A stretch of DNA of 64,000 nucleotides from Candidatus Tayloriibacteriota bacterium (lineage in GTDB: Bacteria > Patescibacteriota > Minisyncoccia > Phycocordibacterales > PALSA-1337), in the NCBI GenBank assembly GCA_016215455.1, contig JACRJP010000003.1, positions 124 through 64,123 of the forward strand. Direction: 5' to 3'. Below the pieces are notes generated by a model that saw nothing but the letters and a program-made list of their open reading frames with translations, did not search any database and was not told the DNA's origin. Numbering within the stretch: position 1 is the first letter of the stretch; each line of letters starts with the position of its first letter. Positions 9,629-20,100 of this stretch are shown one piece after another. Made by a program: the position numbers and the translations under genes.

Positions 9629-9635
9629 ATATTGA

Positions 9636-11390
9636 TTATAACTTCTGTTTCTCCCATAACTCGTAAAATCTTCCTTTTTGACCATAGAGTTCAGCGAAGT
9701 TACCTGATTCAATAAGCTTACCGCCTTCAAGAACAAGAATACGATCCATTTCCTTAATAGTAGTAAGACGGTGAGCAATAACAATAGCTGTTACCGTCTG
9801 GAAGAATTGATGGAGTGAATCACGAATCTTTTCTTCAGACTCAATATCAAGATGTGAAGTCGCTTCGTCAAGCAGAAGGATTTGGGGACTCTTAAATACT
9901 GCACGTGCAATACCTACTCGTTGTTTTTCACCACCTGACAAACGAACACCCTTCTCACCGATTGGAGTATCGAGACCTTTAGGAAGATTCTTAGCAAAAT
10001 CAGCCACATGAGCAATATCGAGAGACTTTTCAAACAACTCAGTATTTTGAGCCTGATCATAGTTTGAAATCGTTACATTATCCTTTAATGAGAAGTTGAA
10101 TACCTCTGTCTCCTGAAGCACAACAGCAACATATTCAAAGTAACTACTCTTCTTAATATTTCTCAAAGAAACACCATCAATCAAAACTTCTCCTTCATAG
10201 TCTTCGTATTCTTTTAGAAGAAGTTTGAGAATGGTTGATTTACCTGCTCCTGAAAGACCGATGATACCTGTTCGTTCTCCACGATTAATTTCAAATGAAA
10301 TACCATCAAGTACCTTTTTATTTCCATACGAAAATGAAAGATTTGAAACAGTAATCTTTTTCCAATCTTTTGGAAAAGAAGACTTTCCTTCTTCAGCATC
10401 AATTGTAATAGGTTGTTCGAGCATATCTGTCATACGACCAATTCCATACTTTGCTACAGCAAAATCCTGTGATCGATCAGCAAGTTCTCCAACAGACTGC
10501 CAGATACTCGAGAAATAGCTATAGAACAAAATAAGAAAGCCAATCTCATAACGACCCTGAGCAATACCAATTGCAATAAAGGTAAGAATACCAATACGAA
10601 ATATCTGACCCCAGGCATTTTTGATAGCATTCCCTGACTGGAACCAGAAGATTCTCTTTTTTACCTTGATATACAATTCATGACTCATCACCGCAAGTTT
10701 GTGATACAAAGGCTCTATCATTGACATCACTTTTGCACTGCGAATATTATTAACTGATTCAAACAGAAGTCCGTGTACTTCCTCTTCTTGAATATTAGCA
10801 ATTTGAGATGCTCCGGTTCCCTTGCGAGTGTAGTAATACGATATACAAAAATACGTAATGAGGAATATAGCGGTAAGGATTGATATGAGCCTATCGAATC
10901 GAGAGATAATGAATATTGCACCGATGAGATTTACTCCAATTTCAATAAAGTTACCAATCCACATACGAACAATTTGATCCAAACCGTTTGCTCCTCGATC
11001 AATTTTCTTAAGCTTATTACCAGCATTCTCCTGTTCGTGCCAATTAATATCAAGAAAAAATAGATGACGTATGGTCTTAAGCTGAGCATCAAGAGAAATT
11101 CTCTCCCCTAATTCAAAACCCCACGACTTACCAAAATACATTGCAATAAAACGCCAAAGAGAAGCAAGGCTCCATAAGATAAAGACATTCCAGAGCGGTT
11201 GAAGTGATTGATCAGGAGTATAGTTCGTCAAAAAAGTAACTATCTCAGCAAATGCATATGCAGGATACAACCAAACAAGATCGCCGGAAAGACGAAAAAG
11301 AGATGCTGCTATGAATTTAACCTTATACGGCCGTAGTAAACCTAAAAGAGTACGTATAAGGCCTAAAGTGGGATAAGTAACTCTTTCCAT
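9636..11390 (-). CDS. ABC transporter, fused permease/ATPase type I exporter (MsbA-like)
   Basis: 584 aa. Six predicted TM helices. Walker A GLSGAGKST, signature LSGGEKQRVGIARA, Walker B ILLLDEATSHLD. Confidence 0.85.
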   Translation of the reverse strand: MERVTYPTLGLIRTLLGLLRPYKVKFIAASLFRLSGDLVWLYPAYAFAEIVTFLTNYTPDQSLQPLWNVFILWSLASLWRFIAMYFGKSWGFELGERISLDAQLKTIRHLFFLDINWHEQENAGNKLKKIDRGANGLDQIVRMWIGNFIEIGVNLIGAIFIISRFDRLISILTAIFLITYFCISYYYTRKGTGASQIANIQEEEVHGLLFESVNNIRSAKVMSMIEPLYHKLAVMSHELYIKVKKRIFWFQSGNAIKNAWGQIFRIGILTFIAIGIAQGRYEIGFLILFYSYFSSIWQSVGELADRSQDFAVAKYGIGRMTDMLEQPITIDAEEGKSSFPKDWKKITVSNLSFSYGNKKVLDGISFEINRGERTGIIGLSGAGKSTILKLLLKEYEDYEGEVLIDGVSLRNIKKSSYFEYVAVVLQETEVFNFSLKDNVTISNYDQAQNTELFEKSLDIAHVADFAKNLPKGLDTPIGEKGVRLSGGEKQRVGIARAVFKSPQILLLDEATSHLDIESEEKIRDSLHQFFQTVTAIVIAHRLTTIKEMDRILVLEGGKLIESGNFAELYGQKGRFYELWEKQKL

Positions 11391-11440
11391 AAACTATATA
11401 ATCCATTATTAAACCACGAATCACCCACAAACACTATTAC

Positions 11441-12412
11441 CTACTCAATCTGACGAGCTGCAGCATATACTTCCGTGGTAACGCTTGTATCTTGTTTACT
11501 CTCCATCAATAAACGAGCATGTGGACTATACTGGGCAGCTAAATCAAGACATAATCTATACTTTTCAGAAAACTTAGTATTCAGTGCAGAAGGAGTATAT
11601 AAATGAATTACTTTGAGATAATCACCAAGACCTTTAAACCATGTTTCAAGAATGGTTTGGTAGTCAGGAACATTTACTTCATACAAAGCATGGTTCACAT
11701 CAAGAGTCGCTCCAACATATTCATGTGCAGCAATCGGATCAACACCTTGTGCTATCAGTTCTTTTTCTATCTTTTGTATAAGGAATAAAATATCTTCTAC
11801 CTTCTGTCCCCATGCACCCTCTTCACCTTGAGCTGACATATTTTCAATAGCGACACTGAATTTCTTGCCTTGTGCATAGGCAGCTGTAATAGCTCCACAG
11901 AAGATAGCTGCATAACGATCAATCACAGTTGCTCGTACTTCTGGCGATAGACTTTCAAACAGTTTTGATTGAACTGATGGTGGGTGTACTGTGTATGATT
12001 CTCCAATAAGTTCTTGTACTATTTTCAATTCTTCAAGTAAACGATCATGGTTTTGAATAGAAATATCCGTTTCATCTATTTTAGGAGTATCCCCATGAAT
12101 CGAGATAACAACATCAGGGTGCGCAGATCGATATTGTAATAGTGCTTCAAGTCCTTCTTGAATCTCTTCTATAGTTCTATTTCTAAAATCAAACTGTATT
12201 GCAGGTATTTCCATAGTAGATGCTACTTCTACTTGGTCAGACAATGACATTGTTCCACCATCTTTCTGAAGGGTTGATATAGCGACACCAAACATTTCTC
12301 GAATTTTTTCACGAGATTGAACGATATATTGTTCAGGAGTTCCTTCATTCGGATTCATACACTCATTGTAGCTCATTATGAAGAAATAAAAAGTGACGAG
12401 TGTCCTCGCCAC
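11441..12412 (-). CDS. Xylose-isomerase-like TIM-barrel protein (sugar phosphate isomerase/epimerase / AP-endonuclease-2 family), probable
   Basis: Motifs SVAIENMS and GATLDVNHA resemble metal-binding E and D-x-x-H motifs of the AP_endonuc_2 TIM-barrel family. The real start may be an internal Met (MSYNEC / MNPNEG). Confidence 0.45.
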   Translation of the reverse strand: MARTLVTFYFFIMSYNECMNPNEGTPEQYIVQSREKIREMFGVAISTLQKDGGTMSLSDQVEVASTMEIPAIQFDFRNRTIEEIQEGLEALLQYRSAHPDVVISIHGDTPKIDETDISIQNHDRLLEELKIVQELIGESYTVHPPSVQSKLFESLSPEVRATVIDRYAAIFCGAITAAYAQGKKFSVAIENMSAQGEEGAWGQKVEDILFLIQKIEKELIAQGVDPIAAHEYVGATLDVNHALYEVNVPDYQTILETWFKGLGDYLKVIHLYTPSALNTKFSEKYRLCLDLAAQYSPHARLLMESKQDTSVTTEVYAAARQIE

Positions 12413-12430
12413 AAAATCTTGCTACCTCTC

Positions 12431-13267
12431 CTATTTCTTAAACAACTCAGAAAATTCCGCAAATGACATAGCGTAATTGAAACCTGGTGGTTTCTCCTGA
12501 AGACGACCGTGGCGATCTTTGTCATACACCGGAGTATTCTTGAGTTTCACAAAACAGACTGCAGAGAATCTTCCTGTCTGAGCTGTTTCGGGAGTTGCAA
12601 TAACTCGATGACATAGAGCACGCAATTTACCATGTGAACGTAACTGCATTTGTGTGGAGTTAATAATTACCGTCTCTCCTTCTGATACTGGCATATCCGT
12701 CCACACACCATCATATGTCATACATTGTAATCCTGGTGCACTCTCATATAGATGGAGAGTAAAACCACTCTGATCAATATGGGCTGATGCAGTTTCATCA
12801 CCTAATTGACGATCACCAAAGTAATGAATGAAACGAACAAAGAAACCAGGTTCACTCTCCTCAACTTCTCGAGCAAATCCCTCGAGACCAAAAGCCTCTT
12901 CAGTCTGTCGAGCAAATTCGAGGACAGTAGGCTTCATGAGGCCAACGAGATTCGTGGCGTGTTGAATGAAATTCAGAGCAATAGTATCCTCGACTTGAGC
13001 AGCGTTCTGTTCGAGCCATGTAAGACCTGCTGTTGTAACATCAAAGTTTTCCTTATGATCAGCGTTCTTACCGACACCACTCTTGTATTCATAGCCAACA
13101 CCGGTTCCACCATCACTATATGGTAGACCTTGTTTAGTCGAAAGAGGTAATGCAGTAAATTGTTTCCAAAGTTTAACCGTCTCATTAACACCTGCTCGCA
13201 AATCAGCAGGATAAATTAACCTGACAAGACCCTCTGTTTCCAAATCTTTTATAGGAAGCTTTTTCAT
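12431..13267 (-). CDS. Fe(II)/2-oxoglutarate-dependent dioxygenase (isopenicillin-N-synthase-like)
   Basis: HIDQSGFTLH ... H (HxD...H facial triad) and downstream RxS (RFSAVCF) 2OG-binding motif. Confidence 0.7.
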   Translation of the reverse strand: MKKLPIKDLETEGLVRLIYPADLRAGVNETVKLWKQFTALPLSTKQGLPYSDGGTGVGYEYKSGVGKNADHKENFDVTTAGLTWLEQNAAQVEDTIALNFIQHATNLVGLMKPTVLEFARQTEEAFGLEGFAREVEESEPGFFVRFIHYFGDRQLGDETASAHIDQSGFTLHLYESAPGLQCMTYDGVWTDMPVSEGETVIINSTQMQLRSHGKLRALCHRVIATPETAQTGRFSAVCFVKLKNTPVYDKDRHGRLQEKPPGFNYAMSFAEFSELFKK

Positions 13268-13362
13268 GTTATTTCTTATTACCTGGTTAATAATCTGTAA
13301 TAAGAATAACTCTGTGTAAAAAATAAAAAAGCGAGGACCTCTTCGGTAAATTAAACCTTATA

Positions 13363-14088
13363 TTATTTAGTTATCTTATCACTCTTAATCTCTTCGGTGA
13401 AGAAAAAGGGTAGTGTATCTATCTTTCCATTTTTAATTGCCTTTAAAACAGTGGTAATGCCTGTAATAGAATCAAATTCATCAGACTCATTCTTGATTGC
13501 CTGATTGATTGGTACCCACATGTTATGACCAAAATCGGTATCACTGATCAATGTACCCTTAGCTGTATGAGCGTATGCTATAGGAAACATGAGGTCAGAA
13601 AAAAGTTCTCCTCCTTTATACATAATTCTTCGTTCACAACCAACCAATCGAAATTGAGCATCGAGTCCTGTCTCTTGTTTTAGTTTTCTCGTTGCGGCCG
13701 GTTCAATCAATTCTCCCTTCAACACAACACCTCCCATGACACCAACTTTTCCGTATGACGGATTTGATGTTCTGACTTGATTAAGAATTTCTATCTTTCC
13801 CTTTACCACTCTCGAAACAATGGTAATGACATTAATTTTAAAAAGACTCGTAATCGCACTATTACTCGGATACGGATCAGCAACATGCTTAATACCCTTG
13901 TCTGAAAGAGTGTATCCTGTGCGAGATTTTATAATAAAGTCCTTTTTAACGAGATACTGAAGATGATAGTTAAACAGATCATTAGGAACCTTCATTGTAT
14001 CAGGTTGAAGTTCACTATACCGAAGAAACTTGGCGTTCTTCAGTTTTGAAAGAATATGGTTCTGTAGTGGTGAGAAATTCGGCAGCAT
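13363..14088 (-). CDS. Winged-HTH / NUDIX hydrolase fusion protein
   Basis: N-terminal LQNHILSKLKNAKFLRYSELQ... wHTH-like. C-terminal Nudix box GGVVLKGELIEPAATRKLKQETGL (Gx5Ex7REuxEExGu). Confidence 0.6.
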   Translation of the reverse strand: MLPNFSPLQNHILSKLKNAKFLRYSELQPDTMKVPNDLFNYHLQYLVKKDFIIKSRTGYTLSDKGIKHVADPYPSNSAITSLFKINVITIVSRVVKGKIEILNQVRTSNPSYGKVGVMGGVVLKGELIEPAATRKLKQETGLDAQFRLVGCERRIMYKGGELFSDLMFPIAYAHTAKGTLISDTDFGHNMWVPINQAIKNESDEFDSITGITTVLKAIKNGKIDTLPFFFTEEIKSDKITK

Positions 14089-14132
14089 TCTGCTACATTA
14101 CCCCACACTAACAGCTTATTCAAGTCTAAAAG

Positions 14133-15584
14133 CTACTTATCCAAATCTAAGATCTCATCAATTCGAATCTTTTCAACGAATTCAGGAACGTGAGATACAA
14201 GAATCATCGCCCCTTTGTATGCATTAAGTGCTTCAGCGATAAGTGGCAAATGACGGAAGTTAATATGGTTTGTTGGTTCATCAAGAATGAGAAGTCCTGG
14301 ACGTTCAAGTACGAGACGTGCAAAAGCAACAAGTCCCTTCTGTCCTTCTGAAAGACTACCGATTTTAGTATTGATTACATCACTTGTAATGAGAAAGCCC
14401 GCAGCTACCCCACGTACCTCAGACTCACTAACATGACGTCCTGGAATACTCATGAGGGACTCGTAGACCGTATGATCAAAGTTGAGTGTAGAAAAGTCTT
14501 GACGGTAATACCCCACTCGTACACCATCAGCGATAATAGAACCATCACCACCAGAAGCAATAGTCTGGAGAAGTGTACTCTTACCAATACCATTAGGTCC
14601 CTTCAACAAAAGATGATTATTCTTACGAAGCTTCACGAGAGTCTTTCGTGTTACTGCTTTATGATTACGAATCACCTTATATGAATTGATAGTAAGGATA
14701 TCTCCTACAATCTCCGGTTGTGCAGGGATTTCAAAAGGTCGAATTGTTCGGTCTTCTTTACGTACATCAACTTTCTCTTCCTCGAGCTCTTCAGCCTTTT
14801 CACGCATACGCTTTGCGACAAGACGCATCTGACCTCCTTTATTCGCAAAAAAGTTTGCCTTATCCTTATTCTCCTGAATCTCCTTAGCAAGCTGAGCATT
14901 CTTCATGTTCTCCTTTTCAATACGAGCAGAGATCTGTTTCACTACATCAAAATAGTTTCCAAAATATTGTTCAATCTTTCGTGTATAGACATCGAGATAG
15001 AGAACACCATCACTAAACGAGTTTAGAAAATCAGCATCATGGGAAATCACCATAACTGTCTTTGGATAGTTCTTGAGAAAGTTTGTAAGGTGTTCAATTC
15101 CCGCCTTATCGAGATTGTTTGTTGGTTCATCAAGAAGGAGGAGGTCAGGATTCTGAATGATTGCAGAAGCAAGAAGGAGTCGTGCCTGTTGTCCTCCAGA
15201 GAATGATCGAATAATACGATCGTGTGGAGCATGGAAGTTAACCACCTCCAACACTTCATCAATCTTTACATCAATATCGTATATTTTTTCATCAAAACAC
15301 TTTTCAAAGAATTGACGCATTGTGAGATCAAGATCAGCACGAGGGATAACTTGCTTTGAGATAGCAATTGAGACACCATTTGAAATATTAATATCTCCTG
15401 ATTCAGGTTTTGATTGTCCTGTAATGAGACTAAAGATGGTACTTTTACCAGCACCATTTTGACCCATGAGTGTTACTTTCATTCCTCGACGCAATGAAAA
15501 AGAGACCTCTTCCAAGATAGGTTTATTATGCCCGTATTCAAATGACACTTCGTCAAAGCTTAAAACTGTATCACCTTTCGACAT
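14133..15584 (-). CDS. ABC-F family ATPase (two tandem ABC domains, no TM; EttA/Uup-like translation factor)
   Basis: Two Walker A sites (GQNGAGKST, GPNGIGKST) and two signature motifs (LSGGQQARLLLA, LSEGQKGLVAFARL) with a charged linker. Confidence 0.85.
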   Translation of the reverse strand: MSKGDTVLSFDEVSFEYGHNKPILEEVSFSLRRGMKVTLMGQNGAGKSTIFSLITGQSKPESGDINISNGVSIAISKQVIPRADLDLTMRQFFEKCFDEKIYDIDVKIDEVLEVVNFHAPHDRIIRSFSGGQQARLLLASAIIQNPDLLLLDEPTNNLDKAGIEHLTNFLKNYPKTVMVISHDADFLNSFSDGVLYLDVYTRKIEQYFGNYFDVVKQISARIEKENMKNAQLAKEIQENKDKANFFANKGGQMRLVAKRMREKAEELEEEKVDVRKEDRTIRPFEIPAQPEIVGDILTINSYKVIRNHKAVTRKTLVKLRKNNHLLLKGPNGIGKSTLLQTIASGGDGSIIADGVRVGYYRQDFSTLNFDHTVYESLMSIPGRHVSESEVRGVAAGFLITSDVINTKIGSLSEGQKGLVAFARLVLERPGLLILDEPTNHINFRHLPLIAEALNAYKGAMILVSHVPEFVEKIRIDEILDLDK

Positions 15585-15669
15585 GGTCTAGACAATAACA
15601 TTAGTTGGGAGTAATCACAACGTAATAAAAAATCAAACTCGTGAGTGCTCCATGAGCACGTCACACTCA

Positions 15670-15996
15670 CTAGGCTTTCACCTCTTCGAAGGTGTGCCAG
15701 TGAAATGCCGGCACTGCTTGCGAAGGATGTAAGACTGTTGAAAATTGAATCCCCTTCTCGATGAGGTTCTGTGCGGCGGCAACAAAGTCCGTAATGACGG
15801 TTGCCGAGGGCACACCTTCGTCCGGAGCTTTATCGCGAGCGAGCAACACCACGTGAGGTGTCGCCATATTCGCCTCGAGAGATTTTGTCCCTTTGAGGCG
15901 ATACTCTCGACCGTTGACACAAATGACGGCTCCCGCAATGAGGGTTGCGACATAGTGGGCGGCCAAAACGGCCGATATAGAACAATGGTTGTTCAT
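15670..15996 (-). CDS. Small HIT-like protein with degenerate triad, in a GC-rich (foreign-looking) segment
   Basis: 108 aa. C-terminal ...HPSQAVPAFHWHTFEE resembles the HIT motif with H-W-H. Local GC is much higher than flanking genes. Multiple overlapping ORFs on both strands are typical of GC-rich DNA. Confidence 0.3.
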   Translation of the reverse strand: MNNHCSISAVLAAHYVATLIAGAVICVNGREYRLKGTKSLEANMATPHVVLLARDKAPDEGVPSATVITDFVAAAQNLIEKGIQFSTVLHPSQAVPAFHWHTFEEVKA

Positions 15997-16092
15997 GGAC
16001 AGAGGATAGTATAGGGGGTGCAGATAGGTCCAGTAACAAATTACACAACATTGTGTGTTGTGTCAAATGTTCTTCTATTGCGTTTTTTCTGC

Positions 16093-16197
16093 TTACTTCT
16101 TCTTTTTTGCTGCTAATCGAGCGTACTTGATTGCAAGACGCTTTGCTGTTTTGCGTGAACGTGTACCCTTTCGTGTACGTGTTTTTCTTTTTGCCAT
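16093..16197 (-). CDS. Small very basic peptide (34 aa, MAKRKTRTRKGTRSRKTAKRLAIKYARLAAKKKK), ribosomal-protein-like
   Basis: Manually translated. Below the ORF-track size cutoff. About 50% Lys/Arg. Confidence 0.3.
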   Translation of the reverse strand: MAKRKTRTRKGTRSRKTAKRLAIKYARLAAKKKK

Positions 16198-16229
16198 ATA
16201 CAGATAGTATACACTATTTGTGTATTTTT

Positions 16230-16790
16230 CTAAAACCGATACTTCTTCAACTCCTTCCGTCGCTCCTTATGATCCGGAATAGTTTGAGCAACAAGATTCC
16301 AGAATTGAGCTGAGTGATTAAATTGACCGAGGTGACACAATTCATGCACAACAATATAATCCACTAATTTTTCAGGTAGATGAATGATCTTATAATTAAA
16401 ACTGAGATTACCTTTAGTCGAACAACTTCCCCAACGACTTTTTTGATTACGGATTGTAATATGTCGAAAAGTAAAACCATACGCAATATTAAGTTCAGCA
16501 ACTTTCTTTTGAGCGAGTACGTATGCTTGTTCTCGATATGCACGATACTCTGTCGTGCTACTTCTCAAATGAATCATAGGACCTCGAGCAACAAATTGTT
16601 CTATCTTTCGAAGTACCCAATCAGATTTTTGTACAATAAATCGCTCAATCGTTCCCTGACCTACCCATCGTGGAGCAGTCACTCGTATATCCCTCTCACC
16701 ATGTACAGCAAGTCTCACGGTACGAGACCTGAGACTTGTCTTGAGAGTGTATTCAATCGTTCGAGTAGGCAAGGTTATCTGGTGCTTCAT
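16230..16790 (-). CDS. YgjP-like metal-dependent hydrolase (DUF45/WLM-like, HExxH)
   Basis: SRWGSCSTKGNLSFNYKIIHLPEKLVDYIVVHELCHLGQFNHSAQFW matches the DUF45/YgjP core including the HExxH motif. Confidence 0.75.
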   Translation of the reverse strand: MKHQITLPTRTIEYTLKTSLRSRTVRLAVHGERDIRVTAPRWVGQGTIERFIVQKSDWVLRKIEQFVARGPMIHLRSSTTEYRAYREQAYVLAQKKVAELNIAYGFTFRHITIRNQKSRWGSCSTKGNLSFNYKIIHLPEKLVDYIVVHELCHLGQFNHSAQFWNLVAQTIPDHKERRKELKKYRF

Positions 16791-16793
16791 TGC

Positions 16794-17168
16794 TTACAAT
16801 GTATTCTTACCTCTATACCTTTCCACATTCTGAGCAACACAAAATTTCACCATCTTAGTAATGAGTGCTAATGGAAGTGGTGTATCAAGTTGAAACTGAA
16901 CCGTACCTTTCGATGTTGGATACTTTGCTAACTCTTTTTTAAATACAGCAATCCCCGCGGCCCCAGGATAGAAACCAATATGATGTTTATATGCAGCAAA
17001 GTGAACAAGATGATGATTATTCAGATCAAATGTAGGAATACCGTAACTAATTGTCTCTGTAGCCTTCGGTACAATCTTATGAATAGCTATACGAAGTTCC
17101 TTAAGAAGTTTTTGAGTCTCCTTTGGATAGTTAGCTATATATGAATCAATATCTTTGTAGGATTTCAA
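16794..17168 (-). CDS. DUF1801 (YdhG-like) domain protein
   Basis: 124 aa. Overall similarity to the YdhG/DUF1801 fold signature (..ISYGIPTF.......HFAAYKHHIGFYPG...). Confidence 0.5.
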   Translation of the reverse strand: MKSYKDIDSYIANYPKETQKLLKELRIAIHKIVPKATETISYGIPTFDLNNHHLVHFAAYKHHIGFYPGAAGIAVFKKELAKYPTSKGTVQFQLDTPLPLALITKMVKFCVAQNVERYRGKNTL

Positions 17169-17175
17169 GAATGTT

Positions 17176-20100
17176 TTAATACGTAACTGATCGTAGTATC
17201 ATCTTGCGTGTAATTGGACCGAAATAACCAACAGCGGGTGTAATATTGTTAGCCTTCTGATAACGCACAAGTGCCGCGCGGGTAGCTGGACCAAAATAGA
17301 AAGTTTCATTCCCTGGTGAACCATACCCGGTAGTACTCACAACAAATCCTTGTGAATTCAAAAACTGCTGCAGTATACGTACATCAGCACCAGAAGAATT
17401 CAAAGTAAGACTACGCACAAAGGTAGTAGGTTTAATAGATGGTGAAACAATTTTAGCAGTAGCAACTACTTGAGGTATAGAACTAGTAACCTCTATTGTT
17501 TTGGTCGCTGTAGAATTAACCCGCTCACCTGCTCTACCTCCACCAGAACGTGACGGGGATACAGTTGGTGTTGAAACTGGAGCAGCAGCTGATACTGTAA
17601 GAGTAAATTCTTGAGTATGGTAGAAAGTTTGAGCAGCAGAGAGTGTATCAATGATTTTCACCCGGATCGTTGAAGAAGTGGCAGAAGTTGGAGTACCGGT
17701 AATGCTACCTGTACTCGTATTAAGAGAAAGACCTTCAGGAAGCGTTCCTGAGACGAGTTCGTATGTAACCGTTCCTTGAGAGGAGGTGGCAGTGAAACCT
17801 CCGGAATATGCGGTACCTACAGTACCCGAAGAAAGAGTATCTGAAGCGAAATCAATCATATTAAAGAGAAGGATGCGGCCATAACTATCACTTACAAAGA
17901 GTGTACGGGTAGTTGACGCAAAACTAATGGAACGATTACCATCAAATGAACTGGCTGAGAGCGTACTTTGACCCGTCTGAGTGAAATTTGGTTTACCAAT
18001 AACTGCTACAGCATTTTCTCCATTACTTATCGAATTCACATCAAAAACCATAATGCGATAGTTCCCATTACTACCTGTTGAATCCGATACGTACAGAATT
18101 TTATTCTCATTATCAAATGCCAGATCTTCAACCAACTCAAACTTACTCTGTGTGGTACCTATCGTTGCAGTAGTAAAATTACTTTGTCCCAAAACATACG
18201 ACGCAGACATACCGGTGCTGATACCCGAACTTAAATCGTATACCATAACACGATTCGAATCTCCAATATACAAATAATGAGAGTCCGGATCATACACTGC
18301 ACCATTTGTATTACTCAATGTATCAGCTGTCGGATATCCTCCGGTACCAGCTCCCGTAAGACTTCCTTCACCGAGAACAAAGGAAGCGGGCATATCAGTA
18401 CTCACTCCATCTGAAATATCAAATACGAGCACACCTCGACCCTGATTGTGATCGAAAACGTACAGATAATCATTGTAGTCATCCACTACTACATTATAGG
18501 GATAAAACCGAGTAGCACTCTCTCCTCCACCATATGTATTGAAACTACTTGCCCCAAGTATGTAGGAAGCATTCATGCCGGTGGTAATCCCTGAAGAAAG
18601 ATCGAAGACTCGTATACCGTACTGATTGCCTCCTTCTTGAACAAATAGTAATTTCTGTTTTGAGCTATAGGCAATGTGTTGAGCGTTCGACAAGTGATCT
18701 GGAGTCGTGCTTCCTATTCCTTCTCTATATATAGAGTCAGAACCGAGCACATAATCCGCAACTTTATTAAGGAGTCTGTTATTCGTATCAAGGTTAAAAA
18801 CAAGGACTCGAGCCTGACCATCAAGTACGAATAGACGGTGATCAACCTCATCAATAATTAACTGAGCAGTATCAAGAAAACCCAAACTTAAATTTGCATC
18901 ATTCTCTGCTGGTTTGGTGAAAGAATCTACACCGTTTTCTTTTTGGCCCAATACATCAACAGCATCTTCCCCATTAGTAATTGATGCTACGTCAAAAACA
19001 AGAACTCTGTTGCTTCCTGAATCAGTAACAAAAAGTTTACTTCCATAATAATGCAAATATGGCTGACCTATTGTCGAAGCATCAGTATTGTACGAATCAA
19101 TACTCAGGACATCGTTCTTCTTATCAATATTGCTCACAAAATCATCTTGACCCAATACATTAACCGCTGGTTCACCATCGCTCAAGGTAGCGATATCAAA
19201 GACTAAAACACGATTCACCGTCCCGACATAGAGTCTTTGTCCTATCAAATCAAGAGCAAGTGAATATACCGAACTTGAAAGTGTCGAACTATTGACCGTA
19301 GTACTTGTTGCAGCAAAATTCGCCTGACCGAGCACATAGATTGCATCAGGATTATTCGATATAATGCCAGGATTAACATCGAATACAGTAACTCGACCAC
19401 CATCACCTGCATAGCTTCCTACGTAGAGATAATCTGTATCTGTGTCGTATACGATACCTTGTGCCTGAAGGGTTGAACTGGCATTAAGAGAATCAAAATC
19501 TCCACCTTCAGTATCAAAATCGGGCTGTCCTATTACAAATGAAGCATCCATTCCATCAGTAATTCCCACCGACAGATCAAATACTGAAATTCTTCCAAAG
19601 CTATTATCAGCATAAAAAAGGCGATCATTATTTGGGTCATATGCCATTCCACCTGTATATGAAGTATTTGAAGCTGAAATCGTACCCTCTCCTGCTGTAG
19701 TAAGGTTTGGTGCACCAAGCACATGTATAGCATTTTCACCATTTGTAATGGTAGCGACATCAAATATCAGAACTCTATAGTTACCACTATCGCTCACAAA
19801 AAGTCTTTGACCTGATTCATCAAGTGCTAATTGTGTCGAAGCACCATTTTGGTAAAAATTTGCAGCAGTAACATCTTCAGAACAAAAATTTGAAACAAGA
19901 TTTGACCCACCAAGAACATAGTCAGCGGTATCATCTTCAAGTTCATTGCTTGTATTAAGACTGAAGATCAATATTCTACAGTTTTGTCCATCAGCGATAT
20001 AGAGACGATGATTTGTTCCGTCAAGAACAATACCACCAGGATCACTAAATCCAACCGCATTGGGTCCTTTACCATATGAATATTGATTTGTGAAATTCGG

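Noticed and set aside
15678-16066. Multiple overlapping ORFs on both strands (15678..15953 -, 15745..16014 +, 15830..16066 -)
   Set aside because: Overlapping ORFs of this kind are expected in GC-rich DNA. Only the 15670..15996 ORF has any family-like motif, and even that is weak.
17900-20100. Internal repeats within the 1012-aa gene as an independent repeat or mobile feature
   Set aside because: The periodicity corresponds to NHL-type protein repeats in one continuous ORF, not to DNA-level tandem repeats.
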